The notes: generated by a model from the letters alone, not told the origin. A DNA stretch of 64,000 nucleotides from Terriglobia bacterium (GCA_963824985.1 CAWGRQ010000030.1:64583-128582); one strand, 5' to 3'; shown: positions 26,427 through 37,017, counted from the first letter of the stretch. Made by a program: numbers and translations.

Positions 26427-27455
26427 ATGATCATCATATGTGAGACCAAAGCAACCGAAACGCAGATTAAGGCCATACAGAAGGCCATTCATGATGCCGG
26501 CCTCCAGGTCCATCGTTCCGACGGTTCCGAGTACACGGTGCTTGGCGTCATCGGCGATCGCAGCCGTCTGGACATCGGCGCCTTTTCGCTGATGCCCGGC
26601 GTGCGCAACGTGGTTCCGGTCTCTACCCCATACAAGCTAGCCAGCCGCGAATTTCACCCGGAAGACACAATCGTGCCGGTAGGAGAGACCGCCGTGGTGG
26701 GAGGGCCTGAAATCGTAGTAATGGCCGGACCGTGTGCGGTAGAAAACGACGACATGATCGAAGCCAGCGCCCGCGTGGCGTCCCGATGCGGCGCGCGCCT
26801 TTTGCGCGGCGGTGCTTTCAAACCCCGATCATCACCTTACTCGTACCAGGGCTTGGGCGTGGAAGGGTTGAAAATGCTGCGTCAGGCCGCAGACCGGCAC
26901 GAACTTGCGGTTGTGTCGGAGGTAATGACCATCGAACAGATCGAAGTCGTCAGTCAGTATGCGGACCTGCTTCAGATCGGCGCCCGCAACATGCAGAACT
27001 ACCCGCTGCTGACTGCGCTTGGGAAAGCAAAGAAGCCGGTGCTGCTGAAGCGTGGCATCTCGGCGACCATCCAGGAGTGGCTGATGAGCGCAGAGTACAT
27101 CCTCTCTTCGGGCAACCCGGACGTGATCCTCTGCGAACGGGGGATCCGCACTTTCGAAACCGCGACCAGGAATACCCTGGACCTTTCGGCAGTGCCGGTA
27201 ATCAAAAGTCTGTCTCATCTCCCGATCATCGTGGACCCCAGCCACGGCGTCGGCAACCGCCGCTTTGTGGTTCCCATGGCCCGTGCGGCCGTGGCCGCGG
27301 GAGCCGACGGCATTCTGGTGGAAATCCACCCTGATCCCGATAAAGCCCTTTCTGATGGGCCGCAGTCCCTGACTTTCGAGGAGTTCGAGGCCTTGATGAA
27401 TCGCTGCCGGATCATCGGTACCACCATTGGCCGGCGGCTTGGGAAAGCGCGCTGA
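26427..27455 (+). CDS. aroF: 3-deoxy-7-phosphoheptulonate (DAHP) synthase, type I-beta with N-terminal ferredoxin-like regulatory domain
   Basis: From [21 protein letters not shown] the protein is co-linear with Thermotoga-type DAHPS as I remember it. Motifs: [70 protein letters not shown]. The 36-codon 5' extension in the ORF track (26319) is not protein-like. Confidence 0.93.
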   Translation: MIIICETKATETQIKAIQKAIHDAGLQVHRSDGSEYTVLGVIGDRSRLDIGAFSLMPGVRNVVPVSTPYKLASREFHPEDTIVPVGETAVVGGPEIVVMAGPCAVENDDMIEASARVASRCGARLLRGGAFKPRSSPYSYQGLGVEGLKMLRQAADRHELAVVSEVMTIEQIEVVSQYADLLQIGARNMQNYPLLTALGKAKKPVLLKRGISATIQEWLMSAEYILSSGNPDVILCERGIRTFETATRNTLDLSAVPVIKSLSHLPIIVDPSHGVGNRRFVVPMARAAVAAGADGILVEIHPDPDKALSDGPQSLTFEEFEALMNRCRIIGTTIGRRLGKAR

Positions 27456-27456
27456 C

Positions 27457-28647
27457 ATGAAATCCCCGAAAATCACGATTATCGGTTGCGGATTGATCGG
27501 CGGGTCGATTGCCCTGGCTCTCAGGCGCAGGCGACCCGACTGGGTGCTCGCGTGCCTTGATCTCCCCGAGCGCCTGGCCGCCCTCAAGGAGGCGGAGATC
27601 GGAGACGAAATCGGTTCTCTGGACGATGCTGCCACTCACGTGCCGGGGAGTTCCTTCGTGCTTCTGGCAATACCGGTAGAGGCCACTTGCGAAACGCTCA
27701 CCCTCATCCGTCCCTTCCTTGACGAAGGGACGATCATCAGTGACGTGGGCAGCACGAAGAAGCAGATCATGGCTGAAGCCCGCAAACTCCTGCCTCCCGA
27801 CGTTCACTTTATCGGCGGTCACCCCATGGCCGGCTCGGAACGATCCGGGATCGAAGCCGCGGATGCGCTCCTGTTCAGCGACCGCGCCTACATTCTATGT
27901 CCGTACCAGGACACGCCTCCCGACGCCCTGCTGTCGCTCCTGGACCTGATTGAATCTCTGCCATCACTTCCAATCACCCTTGACCCCGAAGAACACGACC
28001 GCATGATGGCTGTGGTGAGCCACTTGCCGCAGTTGATCGCGGTGGCCCTCATGCAGGCAGGCCAGGCGGCCGATGCCACGCACACGCTCCTGAACACGCT
28101 CGCCGGACGCGGCTTCCTCGACATGACCCGGCTGGCGGCATCCGACTTTGGTGTCTGGAAGGGAATCCTTGAATCCAATGGCGATGCCATCCGAGATGCC
28201 CTGGATCTCTTCGAAGAGTTCCTCTCGTCACTGCGGCAGGCCATTTCAGCCGGCACTGCCGCCCCAGCCTGGGAACAGGCCGCCCGACGACGCCGTAACA
28301 TGGATGCTGAAAGCCGTGCCAGGCTGCGCAAGCCGGATCTGCGCAGCACCATCGACCGCTGCGACAAGCAGATCCTGGGATCGCTGGGCCAGCGCATGCG
28401 CGCGGCACGCAAGATCGGGGATCTGAAGAGGAGCCAGGCCACTCCGGTCACCGATCCGGACCGGGAAAAGCGCCTGATCCGCCAGCGGGAGGATTGGGCC
28501 CGATCGCTGGGCCTGCCACCGGCGTTGGTCGATGATCTTTTCGCCGTAATCGTGAAACACAGCACCCTTCTTCAGAGTTCACCGCAGGTCGGACCAGGAA
28601 AGCCTGCCGGCCCTTCGGAACCCGGGAAAGGAAAGGACTCTTCATGA
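27457..28647 (+). CDS. tyrA: Bifunctional prephenate dehydrogenase (N-terminal) / AroQ chorismate mutase (C-terminal)
   Basis: ATG 27457 lies 1 nt after the aroF stop. [18 protein letters not shown] Rossmann motif and [12 protein letters not shown] are typical of TyrA. The C-terminal [30 protein letters not shown] ... PDREKRLI ... LFAVIVKHS (nt about 28333-28572) is a chorismate mutase type II helix bundle. Confidence 0.88.
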   Translation: MKSPKITIIGCGLIGGSIALALRRRRPDWVLACLDLPERLAALKEAEIGDEIGSLDDAATHVPGSSFVLLAIPVEATCETLTLIRPFLDEGTIISDVGSTKKQIMAEARKLLPPDVHFIGGHPMAGSERSGIEAADALLFSDRAYILCPYQDTPPDALLSLLDLIESLPSLPITLDPEEHDRMMAVVSHLPQLIAVALMQAGQAADATHTLLNTLAGRGFLDMTRLAASDFGVWKGILESNGDAIRDALDLFEEFLSSLRQAISAGTAAPAWEQAARRRRNMDAESRARLRKPDLRSTIDRCDKQILGSLGQRMRAARKIGDLKRSQATPVTDPDREKRLIRQREDWARSLGLPPALVDDLFAVIVKHSTLLQSSPQVGPGKPAGPSEPGKGKDSS

Positions 28648-28973
28648 ACATTAACGATGTGGCGTTCTGCACAACCGATTGGCAAACCCTGCCTGCGGCG
28701 GCGCATCCGGGTGAACGGGGGACGGCCTACTGGCGGACCTTCGAATCCGGCAATATACGGGTACGGATGGTGGAGTACACACCGGGGTATCTCGCGGACC
28801 ACTGGTGCCATCGCGGGCACGTGTTGCTGGTGCTCGAAGGCGAATTGACCACCGAATTGCAGAATGGCGAGTCCCACACTCTCGGGCCGGGTCAGAGCTA
28901 CCAGGTTGCGGATAACGCCGCACCACACCGCTCCCGCACTGAACGGGGTGCGAAGCTGTTTATTGTCGATTAG
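28644..28973 (+). CDS. DHCW-motif cupin fold protein
   Basis: 109 aa. LADHWCHRGHVLLVLEGEL ... GQSYQV is the cupin core. Its ATG overlaps the tyrA stop (ATGA). Confidence 0.8.
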   Translation: MNINDVAFCTTDWQTLPAAAHPGERGTAYWRTFESGNIRVRMVEYTPGYLADHWCHRGHVLLVLEGELTTELQNGESHTLGPGQSYQVADNAAPHRSRTERGAKLFIVD

Positions 28974-29048
28974 CCATGGCGCCGGGCATCCCCGGATTTG
29001 GAGCCGCAGTCCCCCACGAGCTATACTTACGGGCAAAAGGGGGTGCGT

Positions 29049-29351
29049 ATGATCTTGGTTCGGAATGTCTTCCAACTGAAGTTCGGCAAAACCCGGGACG
29101 CGGTAGCCCTCTTCAAAGAGGGGATCGCCCTCATGCACAAGCTCGGATTCGGGCACGTGCAGGCACGGCTGCTGACGGACGTGGTCGGCACGTTTTACAC
29201 GCTGGTTCTCGAACAGACCTTTGCCTCACTCGCAGATTTCGAGAATTCAGGAAAAGCCCTGATGGCCAACGAAACCTGGAAGGGCTGGTATCAGAAGGCC
29301 GTTCCCATGATCGAGTCCGGCCGGCGCGAGGTATTCACGGTCGTGGATTAG
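29049..29351 (+). CDS. Small hypothetical protein (NIPSNAP/dimeric alpha-beta-barrel-like)
   Basis: I prefer the internal ATG 29049 (MILVRNVFQLKFGK...), giving 100 aa. The fold guess is weak. Last gene of the aro cluster, followed by a hairpin. Confidence 0.6.
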   Translation: MILVRNVFQLKFGKTRDAVALFKEGIALMHKLGFGHVQARLLTDVVGTFYTLVLEQTFASLADFENSGKALMANETWKGWYQKAVPMIESGRREVFTVVD

Positions 29352-29364
29352 CCGCCCAAAAACC

Positions 29365-29445
29365 GGGGGACAATCCTGTTTTCCCTTCTTCTCCGTTATC
29401 AGTCGGCAGGAGGATCGGGAAACAGGGATGTCCCCCAATTTTTCG
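29365..29445 (+). terminator. Long hairpin followed by a T-run
   Basis: GGGGGACAATCCTGTTTTCCC (29365-29385) pairs with GGGAAACAGGGATGTCCCCC (29417-29436), followed by AATTTTTCG. Confidence 0.5.
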
Positions 29446-29687
29446 ACTTCCGCAACAAAAAGGTTAACTTCTTATATAACAATAATTAACATCATACTGT
29501 CCGGGCCTGCCTGGCGTTTGCTCCCATACCCGCGAGCGTTCGTATGGGACCAAAAGCCAGGAAAAATCAGACACCCCTCCCATTTTTTGCCTTCCTCTTC
29601 TGACTTACATTGGTATCGAGAAATAGGTGAAGCAAACATCCCCCTCGATCACGAGACCGGACGCGTCGCAAATATCGGAGGAAAACA

Positions 29688-30533
29688 ATGAAAGGAGTGT
29701 TGCTGATTTCACTGATAATCCTCTCACTGGCATTCATCGGAGTGCCCGACGCGTCCGCTCTCACGGTACATACCAATTACATCGGGGGAAACCCTCCTGC
29801 CAACACCTCGGGCGGGGGGAACCTCGTTGACATCATGAACGCCGCCGCCCGGATATGGGAAGCAGCCTACTCCGATCAGGCAACGATCACTCTGCATTTC
29901 GGCTGGGCCCCGGTCGGCGACGCCGGGACGCACACATTGATCGAGCAGGGCGGGTCTCCCAATCGCGAAATAACGGGGGTGATTCTCTTCGACAACAGCG
30001 GCGCGGCCTCTTTTTACCTGGATCCGACCCCGGACTCCAATGAGGAGTATCTGCGCCGGACGGACGAGTATCAGAACCTGGGTGGAGGCTTCATCAATGT
30101 AGCCCGTTTATACAGCCAGCCGACCGGTGATGCCGTGGGGCACGCCGATCTGCTCTCGGTGGCCTTGCACGAAATCGGGCATGCCATGGGCATGTGCCGT
30201 GCGAACACATCATTTATTCTGGACAGCGCGGATGGAGTCCTCGCGATCTCGGCGGATCTTCCGTTTGGCGGAACCATCATTCCATTAGCCGTCAATAACG
30301 ATGGTTTCACCTCACACTTTGATCCCCTGGCAATCATTTACGGTCCGGTAATGGCCGGAGTCGGCGGGGACGAGCGCCGCCTGCCTTCGGCACTCGACAT
30401 CCTGGCCAATGCCCAGATCAGCGGCTATGTCATGCCCAATCTGGATCCGCAGCAGTCTCCCCAAACCAGGATTATTCCGGAACGCGGCGCAGGCCGCATC
30501 GATTCCACCACACCTGGGACGCGGAAGAACTGA
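29688..30533 (+). CDS. Secreted zinc metalloprotease-like protein (HExxH, matrixin-like)
   Basis: Signal peptide MKGVLLISLIILSLAFIGVPDASA. Zinc motif LLSVALHEIGHAMGM. GGAGG lies upstream of the ATG. Confidence 0.75.
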   Translation: MKGVLLISLIILSLAFIGVPDASALTVHTNYIGGNPPANTSGGGNLVDIMNAAARIWEAAYSDQATITLHFGWAPVGDAGTHTLIEQGGSPNREITGVILFDNSGAASFYLDPTPDSNEEYLRRTDEYQNLGGGFINVARLYSQPTGDAVGHADLLSVALHEIGHAMGMCRANTSFILDSADGVLAISADLPFGGTIIPLAVNNDGFTSHFDPLAIIYGPVMAGVGGDERRLPSALDILANAQISGYVMPNLDPQQSPQTRIIPERGAGRIDSTTPGTRKN

Positions 30534-30537
30534 CAAA

Positions 30538-30564
30538 CGCGGATTGGGATGGAGCGAATCCGCG
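30538..30564 (+). terminator. Hairpin 5 nt after the metalloprotease stop
   Basis: CGCGGATT (30538-30545) / AATCCGCG (30557-30564) with an 11-nt loop and no T-run. A second inverted repeat, CTTGAGCGGGAGAGCG / CGCTTTCCCGCTCAAG (30620-30635 / 30671-30686), lies between the convergent genes. Confidence 0.35.
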
Positions 30565-30779
30565 TGCGGAGCTATTCCCGCCGCCGCATGGGCTGCCTTC
30601 GGCCATTGTTTTTGCCCGGCTTGAGCGGGAGAGCGTCCCTGAATCTGATCTTTGATAGAGTAACGGTGAGCGCTTTCCCGCTCAAGTGGACAGACTTCTA
30701 GGGCCGGGGTTGCTTGCCGGTCAGCTCAACCCAGGTAATGCCCGCTTTGAGCGGAATGACAAAGGCGCCGCGCTCGGCT

Positions 30780-33494
30780 TTATACTGCGCCGCCGGACGA
30801 TACGTTATGGCGCCCGCGCGCGGTTGTTCCACGCGCAACCGCGCCGCCGACGTGAACTTTGTCGCGGCATCTAAAGCCTATACGCACGGTCCCGGTTTTC
30901 CCATTCCACTCCATCGCGGCGAATTTGCCCGCATCGAGCGTCAACCACAGCCCAGCCGGAGCCAGGAATACGCGGATGCGAAAGGAATCCAGCGGTGTTA
31001 CCTTAACGGTCCCCTCATCGATCCGGAGGTTGCCGCCAAACGTCTGCCACCCGAACTCCGGATCCTGGACGATATAGGTGGCCGTGTTGAACGCATGTCC
31101 GAAGAAGTTGGGGCCATAGTCGCCCGAATAGGGATCAAACCTGAGAGTATCCGGGAATGAGTGGAATGCGGCGGAAGCGAATCCCTCCTGATCGATATTG
31201 GTAATCGAACCCATGGTGCCGCCATAACCGACGCGCAACAGGTAGAGGTCGTCCGGGTAATCGCGATATTCGCTCAGCACCGGAATGGCGTTGATCCCGG
31301 AGCCATAGTGGTGCAGCTGGCGCTCGATGCGGGTGATTTTGCCGGCGTACTGAAAATCCCAGTAGCGGCGCGCGCTGCCGTTGTAACCCCAGTGGGGGAG
31401 TGTCGGCATGTACCCGAGGATGGCATTGAGCGTTACCTCGGACTTGGGGGTATCGCCGAAATATTTGGTCCAGGCGTAAACTTCTTCCTGCCCGGTCGAA
31501 TCCCACGGCATTTCGCTGCCGAAAGGGTATGCCTGGCTGCGCCAGCGATCCGCGCGGGTCTTCATCCTGGCCTCCAGATCCGCGGCCGGTTCGGTCATGT
31601 TCTCGCGCTTGAGGTCGAGGAGGATCTGGACGAAGATGTCGCCTTCCATCTGCCCGAACCGGGTGTAGCCGGGCGCGAGCTTCATCATGGCAACAGACGT
31701 TTGATAGGCATGGTTCAGATACCAGTCCCAGGGATGGTTGGTGACCAGACCTTCGTTGTTGCGCGCGAGACGATACATCACCCAATGGAGGGCGGCGACA
31801 TGGGGATAATTGAAGGACCGGTCGACCCGTTCGGCATCCACCTTTTTCCAGCTGGTCCAGCTGCCCCAGTTGAGGTCGCTGCGATAATAGCCCGGCGGCA
31901 TCTCATCCGGCTGGTAGTAGAACAGGCTTTTGCGCACTCCATACTGGCGCGGGCCATCCGTATATTGCAGGCCGCCCCACAGGACTTTGTCGATGAACTG
32001 CTGATATTTGTCGAGTTCCTGTTTGTCGGGTTGCCCGAACTGTTTCATGATGGCGGTCAGCCAGGACCCCGAGCCTCCTTCATCGCCAAGTCCGGCAATC
32101 CAGACCCGGCTGTCCTGCATGACAATGGCGTTCGCTTCGCGATCGTAGCTCATGACCGAAGGGGCGCGTTTGAAGGGATCGTTGGGGACGTCGAACCACT
32201 GTTTTGTGGTCAGGAAACGCCCGAGGTCGGTGACGGCCACGCTCTCGGGCTTGATGACAAAATAATGGACGGTCTGAACCGTGCCGTCTCCGTAAGTGAC
32301 GGTCAAGCGGGACCGGCCCCAGGCCTTGCCGCGAAGGGTGAATGCATTCCAGCCGCCGGCTGTGGCTTTTCCCGGAGCGATGGCGATCGCCCCGCGGGGC
32401 TCCACTTCCATCGTTTTGACGCCGCTGGGATACTTGAGGAACAGGCGGCCATCGATATCCGTCGGCAGCACATAACCGGGGAACCCTACCGCGACGGGGC
32501 GTCGATTGGCAGCCAGCGTCTTTTCGATATTGCGGATTTCATCGGCCAGGATGAACCTGACGCCGTAAGTTTTGGAGCCGCCCGCGGCGAGGGTTACCGA
32601 TGTGGGGACATTCCAGGGAGTGGCCTGCTTCCACTCGTTGTCGGCGTAAGCCCGGCTGTGTACCATCCAGTCAAAAAAGCCCTCAAACGTCGTGCCCCGC
32701 GGGGTGGGATCGGTGAATATCGGCACGGCGCCACCGGAGCCGCGCCGGCTCAGAATCGGGTTGTAGGCTTCGAACGAGGTCCTGCCGTCAGGTACCACGA
32801 CCAGTGCCGGGCCGTGGCCGCTGAGGCGCGTCACCTGCAGGTAGCCGGCATCGGCGCCGATATACGGATCCTGAAAGGAGCAGATCGTGTGGGCCTGGTC
32901 GAGCGAGCGGTTGTTGAGCACGTTATTGAAGATCATCGGAATGCCGAGCGCCCCGATCTCGACCGGCGCCGCCGTCCGATTCTTCAATTCAAAGCGCAGT
33001 ACGAGCTTGCCGCCATCAAGCACCCAGCTTCGAGTGATCTGGAGCGGACAGTCCGCCGGGAGAGTAGGAGAAAGGTCGGCGGCGGCCAGAATCTGTGATG
33101 AGGCCGGGCGCGCGGCAACCGGAGTGCGGGAGACTGCGGTCGAGTAGCTTTCCCACTCGCCCGCATCTCCGGACCTCAGGCGCAGGTCCAGATCCCCGAG
33201 ATGGTAATACCCGTTCTGCGATCTCTCAATGAGAATGTCGCCCGGGGTAAAATCAAATCCGCCTGCGTTTTTCGGCCTCAGGCTGGCGACCGTCTGCGAT
33301 GAGCGCACCAGGGCAAGGTTGAATTCGGGCGTGGCGACCTCGATCGTCCCCTGTTCGAGCATCGGGCCGGGCACGGGCGGCGGAGCCCCCTTCTTCGCCT
33401 GCGCACCGGCTCGCTCGAGCGCACCCGGAATCAGGCACAGCAGCAGCGTGAATGTGAGGCCTGCGCCGATAAAACGAATATGGCCGCTTCGCAT
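30780..33494 (-). CDS. Large secreted protein, possibly DUF5695-family / glycoside-hydrolase-like; C-terminal frame uncertain
   Basis: Start placed at ATG 33494-33492 (MRSGHIRFIGAGLTFTLLLCLIPGA signal) with GGAGG 8 nt upstream. One frame is continuous for about 870 codons. The DUF5695 call is from memory only. The last roughly 35 codons read poorly, and a different frame reads better down to a stop at 30698-30700 (see findings). Confidence 0.8.
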   Translation of the reverse strand: MRSGHIRFIGAGLTFTLLLCLIPGALERAGAQAKKGAPPPVPGPMLEQGTIEVATPEFNLALVRSSQTVASLRPKNAGGFDFTPGDILIERSQNGYYHLGDLDLRLRSGDAGEWESYSTAVSRTPVAARPASSQILAAADLSPTLPADCPLQITRSWVLDGGKLVLRFELKNRTAAPVEIGALGIPMIFNNVLNNRSLDQAHTICSFQDPYIGADAGYLQVTRLSGHGPALVVVPDGRTSFEAYNPILSRRGSGGAVPIFTDPTPRGTTFEGFFDWMVHSRAYADNEWKQATPWNVPTSVTLAAGGSKTYGVRFILADEIRNIEKTLAANRRPVAVGFPGYVLPTDIDGRLFLKYPSGVKTMEVEPRGAIAIAPGKATAGGWNAFTLRGKAWGRSRLTVTYGDGTVQTVHYFVIKPESVAVTDLGRFLTTKQWFDVPNDPFKRAPSVMSYDREANAIVMQDSRVWIAGLGDEGGSGSWLTAIMKQFGQPDKQELDKYQQFIDKVLWGGLQYTDGPRQYGVRKSLFYYQPDEMPPGYYRSDLNWGSWTSWKKVDAERVDRSFNYPHVAALHWVMYRLARNNEGLVTNHPWDWYLNHAYQTSVAMMKLAPGYTRFGQMEGDIFVQILLDLKRENMTEPAADLEARMKTRADRWRSQAYPFGSEMPWDSTGQEEVYAWTKYFGDTPKSEVTLNAILGYMPTLPHWGYNGSARRYWDFQYAGKITRIERQLHHYGSGINAIPVLSEYRDYPDDLYLLRVGYGGTMGSITNIDQEGFASAAFHSFPDTLRFDPYSGDYGPNFFGHAFNTATYIVQDPEFGWQTFGGNLRIDEGTVKVTPLDSFRIRVFLAPAGLWLTLDAGKFAAMEWNGKTGTVRIGFRCRDKVHVGGAVARGTTARGRHNVSSGGAV

Positions 33495-33892
33495 ATGAAT
33501 CCCTCCTCGAGCTTTGAAAACAGCCTGGGACCTCGCGCGTCCCGCGCGCATGGATTGTGGAATCAGGCGTACATGCGGGCGAGATGCCCACGCTCCCAGG
33601 GCGCCGATACCTCACCCTGTTTCCATGCACTTGGGTGCGCCTTAGGTCCATGGATCACTGTTCCGGCAAAATTCCGAGGCGAATTCGATCCCAGGGGCGC
33701 AAAAAACCCCGGGACGAGGCTTCGATTCAGGTCTTCCTCCGGGCAATTCCGGAAGTGTGCCGGGACGTACAGGATATTACAATCGGATCCGGTGGCGCAC
33801 AACCTTCGTGCTTCTAAAACCTATGATCACCATCCCATTTCATGATATTATTCCACCCCGTAGCAACCACTTAATTATCTGGAGAAGAAAGC

Positions 33893-34297
33893 ATGAAACG
33901 AGCGGTCGTAGTGTTCGCGATGGTAGTCGCGTTGATTGTTGGCATTACAGTAGTCTTGCAGGCACAGGCTAAGGCTCCCGGCGTCGTTATTCTCAAAGGC
34001 AATCCGATGGGCGGGGTGAAGTTCGACCATGGGGCGCACCAGAAACTCGTCGGCGATAAGTGCGATACCTGTCATCATGCCTCAAAGCCCGAAAAGCCTT
34101 TAAAGGCGAAAGAAGAGAACTGCCAGGACTGTCATACCAAAACGGCGACGGCCCCAATGAAAACCACCGCCAAGCTCGCCTTCCATGACAACATGGCCAA
34201 GGCCGGCACTTGCATCAACTGCCACATCAAGGAAGTCGCAGCCGGCAAGAAAGCACCGCTCAAGTGCGCCGAATGCCACAAAAAGGAAAACGTTTAG
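33893..34297 (+). CDS. Tetraheme cytochrome c3/c7-type (class III) cytochrome
   Basis: 134 aa with a signal peptide. Four CxxCH sites (CDTCH, CQDCH, CINCH, CAECH) in about 105 mature residues, plus spaced His residues. Confidence 0.88.
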   Translation: MKRAVVVFAMVVALIVGITVVLQAQAKAPGVVILKGNPMGGVKFDHGAHQKLVGDKCDTCHHASKPEKPLKAKEENCQDCHTKTATAPMKTTAKLAFHDNMAKAGTCINCHIKEVAAGKKAPLKCAECHKKENV

Positions 34298-34407
34298 GAC
34301 CTCAAAGGGGCGGGTTCCCAGCCCGCCCCTTTTCCCGCGGCAAGCGCCGCCTGACCTCCATCCCGCACCGCCGGCCCCAAGCTCATTAAATGGTTTCGGC
34401 CGCGGGA

Positions 34408-36855
34408 CTACTTCACCGCGATCTCGAATATCGTCGCGCTCGCCGGCGCGACGGTAAGCTGATCGCGAATCCCGTTCACCGTCTTTTCGGTAAACCTGAC
34501 CACGGGGGCCTGGCCCGGATCGTTGTAAGCCATGTCATCCGGAGCTGTCAACACCCACGACCGGGCCTGCGAAGCCGGTTGTGCCCCCACGATTTTGAAA
34601 CCGAGCTGCCGGACTTCCCAGGTCGGATTGATCACTGAGATCGTAAGGGCCTTTTTATCCCTGGTCCAGGTAACGGCCACGTCGAGAGGTTCGGGGGCTC
34701 CCGTGATTTCCACCGGTATGGTGCCGAAATGGCGGCGATACATCACGAGTGCTTCGCCGGTGGAGTCGAGCACGGCGGCGGTCTTGCTGGTCTTGATGGC
34801 GCCGATGACGTTGACCGTCTGGGCATAACAGGCGAGGGCAATGACATCGGTGTCCCGGCTGTATTCGTTGATGCCGGCGGCGATACCGAGCGCGTCGCGC
34901 ATGAAGTAGCGCGTGCCAAGTTCGCCGAAGACGTGTGGTCCGTACCAGTAGTTCCATTCATCCAGAGATACGCGAATGTCCTTCCCAGCCATCTGCGGTA
35001 TCGTCTTCAGGTAATTCCGGTGGGCATCGGCGATGGCGCGGATGGCATCTCCGATCTGGCGCACGTGGGTCATCAGTCCGCCCCCGTGCCAGTCCTGCCG
35101 GTAGAAGTGCTTGCTCATGAGGTTGATGTAGGAAGCGCAATTGGTGAGCAGCTGGCGATCCCAATCGCTGGCAGGCCGGACCGCCTCGCCCGACGCGACC
35201 AGCTTGATCGACGGGTCGACATCCAGGAGCGCCTGGGAAAAGGCATTGTGGCGTTTGACAAATTCCTCGATCGGCACATTGCCCAACTGCCAGCTGCCCG
35301 ACATTTCATTCCCTACCGCCCAGTAGGTGCAGCGGAATGGCGCCGCATGGCCATTGGCGGCGCGCAGTTTGCCCATCGGCGTGTCCGGGCCGCCGTTGAC
35401 GTACTGGACTTCCTGGATGGCGAGGTCGACACTGCCCAGCCCGGCATTGAGGGCAATAAAAGGCTGCGTCTTCAACTCCCCGATAAAATCGAAGAACTCG
35501 TGCATGCCGAAATCATTGTGTTCGATCCCGGTCCAGGCCGGGTTCTTGCGGGGCGGACGCTTGTCGCGGTCGCCGATGCCGTCCTTCCAATTGTAGCCGC
35601 TGACGAAATTGCCCCCCGGCCAGCGGTAGATTGGGGAATCGAGCTGCCGGAGCAGCGCCAGGGTGTCCGCGCGCATGCCGCGCAGATTGTCATCGGGCAT
35701 CAAAGAGGCGGGTCCGATCAAAAACCTGCCCTTCCCTTTGCCGATGATATCGAAACCCGCATTGTCGGTCGATGCGCCGGCATTGAACCGGATCGGGTAT
35801 TTCCTGTACTCGACCGCTATCTTCTCGATCCGGACGGTCTGCCTGTCGCTCGCACCATTTCCCCAGTTCAGGCTGACCTCAATGGGGGCGGCTGACGGGT
35901 CGCCGGCCAGCATGACATAACCTGCGTAACCCTTCCCGGCGAGGATTCCCAGGCCGGCCTGCGATATTCCCTTGGCCGTTCCGTCCGTTCCCAGATCCAC
36001 CTGCGGCGAGTGTTCGCCGACATAGGCATTTTCCTTGACCATGGTCACGGCGGAGTCGCCGCCCACGGCTTTCCAGGGCGAGGGGACGAAGACCTTGTCG
36101 CGGCGCGTTTCTCCAACGGCCGAATAGAATTTGCGATCCTCGAGCATTTCGGCCCAGATGCCTCCATAAATGCAACGCCCCAGGTGTTCAATGAACTGAC
36201 CATAGATGAGATCGGGCATCACCTCGCGGGTCCGGGAAGCATCGATGGTGATCGCCGGCTTGAGTTCGCGCGCAGAGACCAGCTCGAGTTTCAGGTCGTC
36301 GAACCAGGCTTTTCCCGGCGGAGGGGCCGCCGCATCGCCGCCGCGGTTGCCCCTCGCTCCACGCGGTCCGCCCACGAGGGCGGCTATGATCAGGCTGTCC
36401 TGGCCTTCGGTATCGAAGGTGATCTCCACCCTGGTCCAGTCCGAGGTTCCGTTGATCCGCTGTGCGGCCGAGGTCACCTTGACACCGCGCAGATCGAACA
36501 TGGCGCCGCGGTCGGGTGCGGCCGGCACTTCCAGGGTTTTGATCCAGCCCGAAAACTTGTAGCTCGCGTACGGACGGACAAGCGTCTTGTTCACCCAGGC
36601 GACCCCGGGGGCGGAAATCGCCAGGCTGCGGACGCCGGCGTGCGCCTCGACGGGATCCGGCATCGCCGCGGGGGCGGCGTTACCTCGAGGGGCAGGATCA
36701 ATCGCCCAGTTCACGGGCAGGCTTTTCGCATCCAGGGTTTCCATGGACGCGTTGACGATCTCGCCGATCGGCTGCCTCGGGCCCAGCGCGCCGGCACCGA
36801 AGACCAGCCCGGCGATCAGAAGCGCGGCAAGCATGATAAATCGTTTGGCTATCAT
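34408..36855 (-). CDS. GH51 alpha-L-arabinofuranosidase with N-terminal carbohydrate-binding module
   Basis: 815 aa with a signal peptide. IYGQFIEHLGRCIYGGIW, acid/base region YWAVGNEMSGSW, nucleophile region RVSLDEWNYW, and the C-terminal beta-sandwich typical of GH51. Confidence 0.88.
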   Translation of the reverse strand: MIAKRFIMLAALLIAGLVFGAGALGPRQPIGEIVNASMETLDAKSLPVNWAIDPAPRGNAAPAAMPDPVEAHAGVRSLAISAPGVAWVNKTLVRPYASYKFSGWIKTLEVPAAPDRGAMFDLRGVKVTSAAQRINGTSDWTRVEITFDTEGQDSLIIAALVGGPRGARGNRGGDAAAPPPGKAWFDDLKLELVSARELKPAITIDASRTREVMPDLIYGQFIEHLGRCIYGGIWAEMLEDRKFYSAVGETRRDKVFVPSPWKAVGGDSAVTMVKENAYVGEHSPQVDLGTDGTAKGISQAGLGILAGKGYAGYVMLAGDPSAAPIEVSLNWGNGASDRQTVRIEKIAVEYRKYPIRFNAGASTDNAGFDIIGKGKGRFLIGPASLMPDDNLRGMRADTLALLRQLDSPIYRWPGGNFVSGYNWKDGIGDRDKRPPRKNPAWTGIEHNDFGMHEFFDFIGELKTQPFIALNAGLGSVDLAIQEVQYVNGGPDTPMGKLRAANGHAAPFRCTYWAVGNEMSGSWQLGNVPIEEFVKRHNAFSQALLDVDPSIKLVASGEAVRPASDWDRQLLTNCASYINLMSKHFYRQDWHGGGLMTHVRQIGDAIRAIADAHRNYLKTIPQMAGKDIRVSLDEWNYWYGPHVFGELGTRYFMRDALGIAAGINEYSRDTDVIALACYAQTVNVIGAIKTSKTAAVLDSTGEALVMYRRHFGTIPVEITGAPEPLDVAVTWTRDKKALTISVINPTWEVRQLGFKIVGAQPASQARSWVLTAPDDMAYNDPGQAPVVRFTEKTVNGIRDQLTVAPASATIFEIAVK

Positions 36856-37017
36856 TGCATTTCCCCCTCAGAGGTCGATTGGACCGGCACGGGCGCCATT
36901 TACAATATAATTCCGTTTATTGCATTCCAAGGCACCCAAGATGAATCCGGTCGCCGGCCACTGTCAAGAGAAAGGATTGGGTACTGCAGGTACGGCCCCC
37001 GGTCCCCAGGAGTGGGA

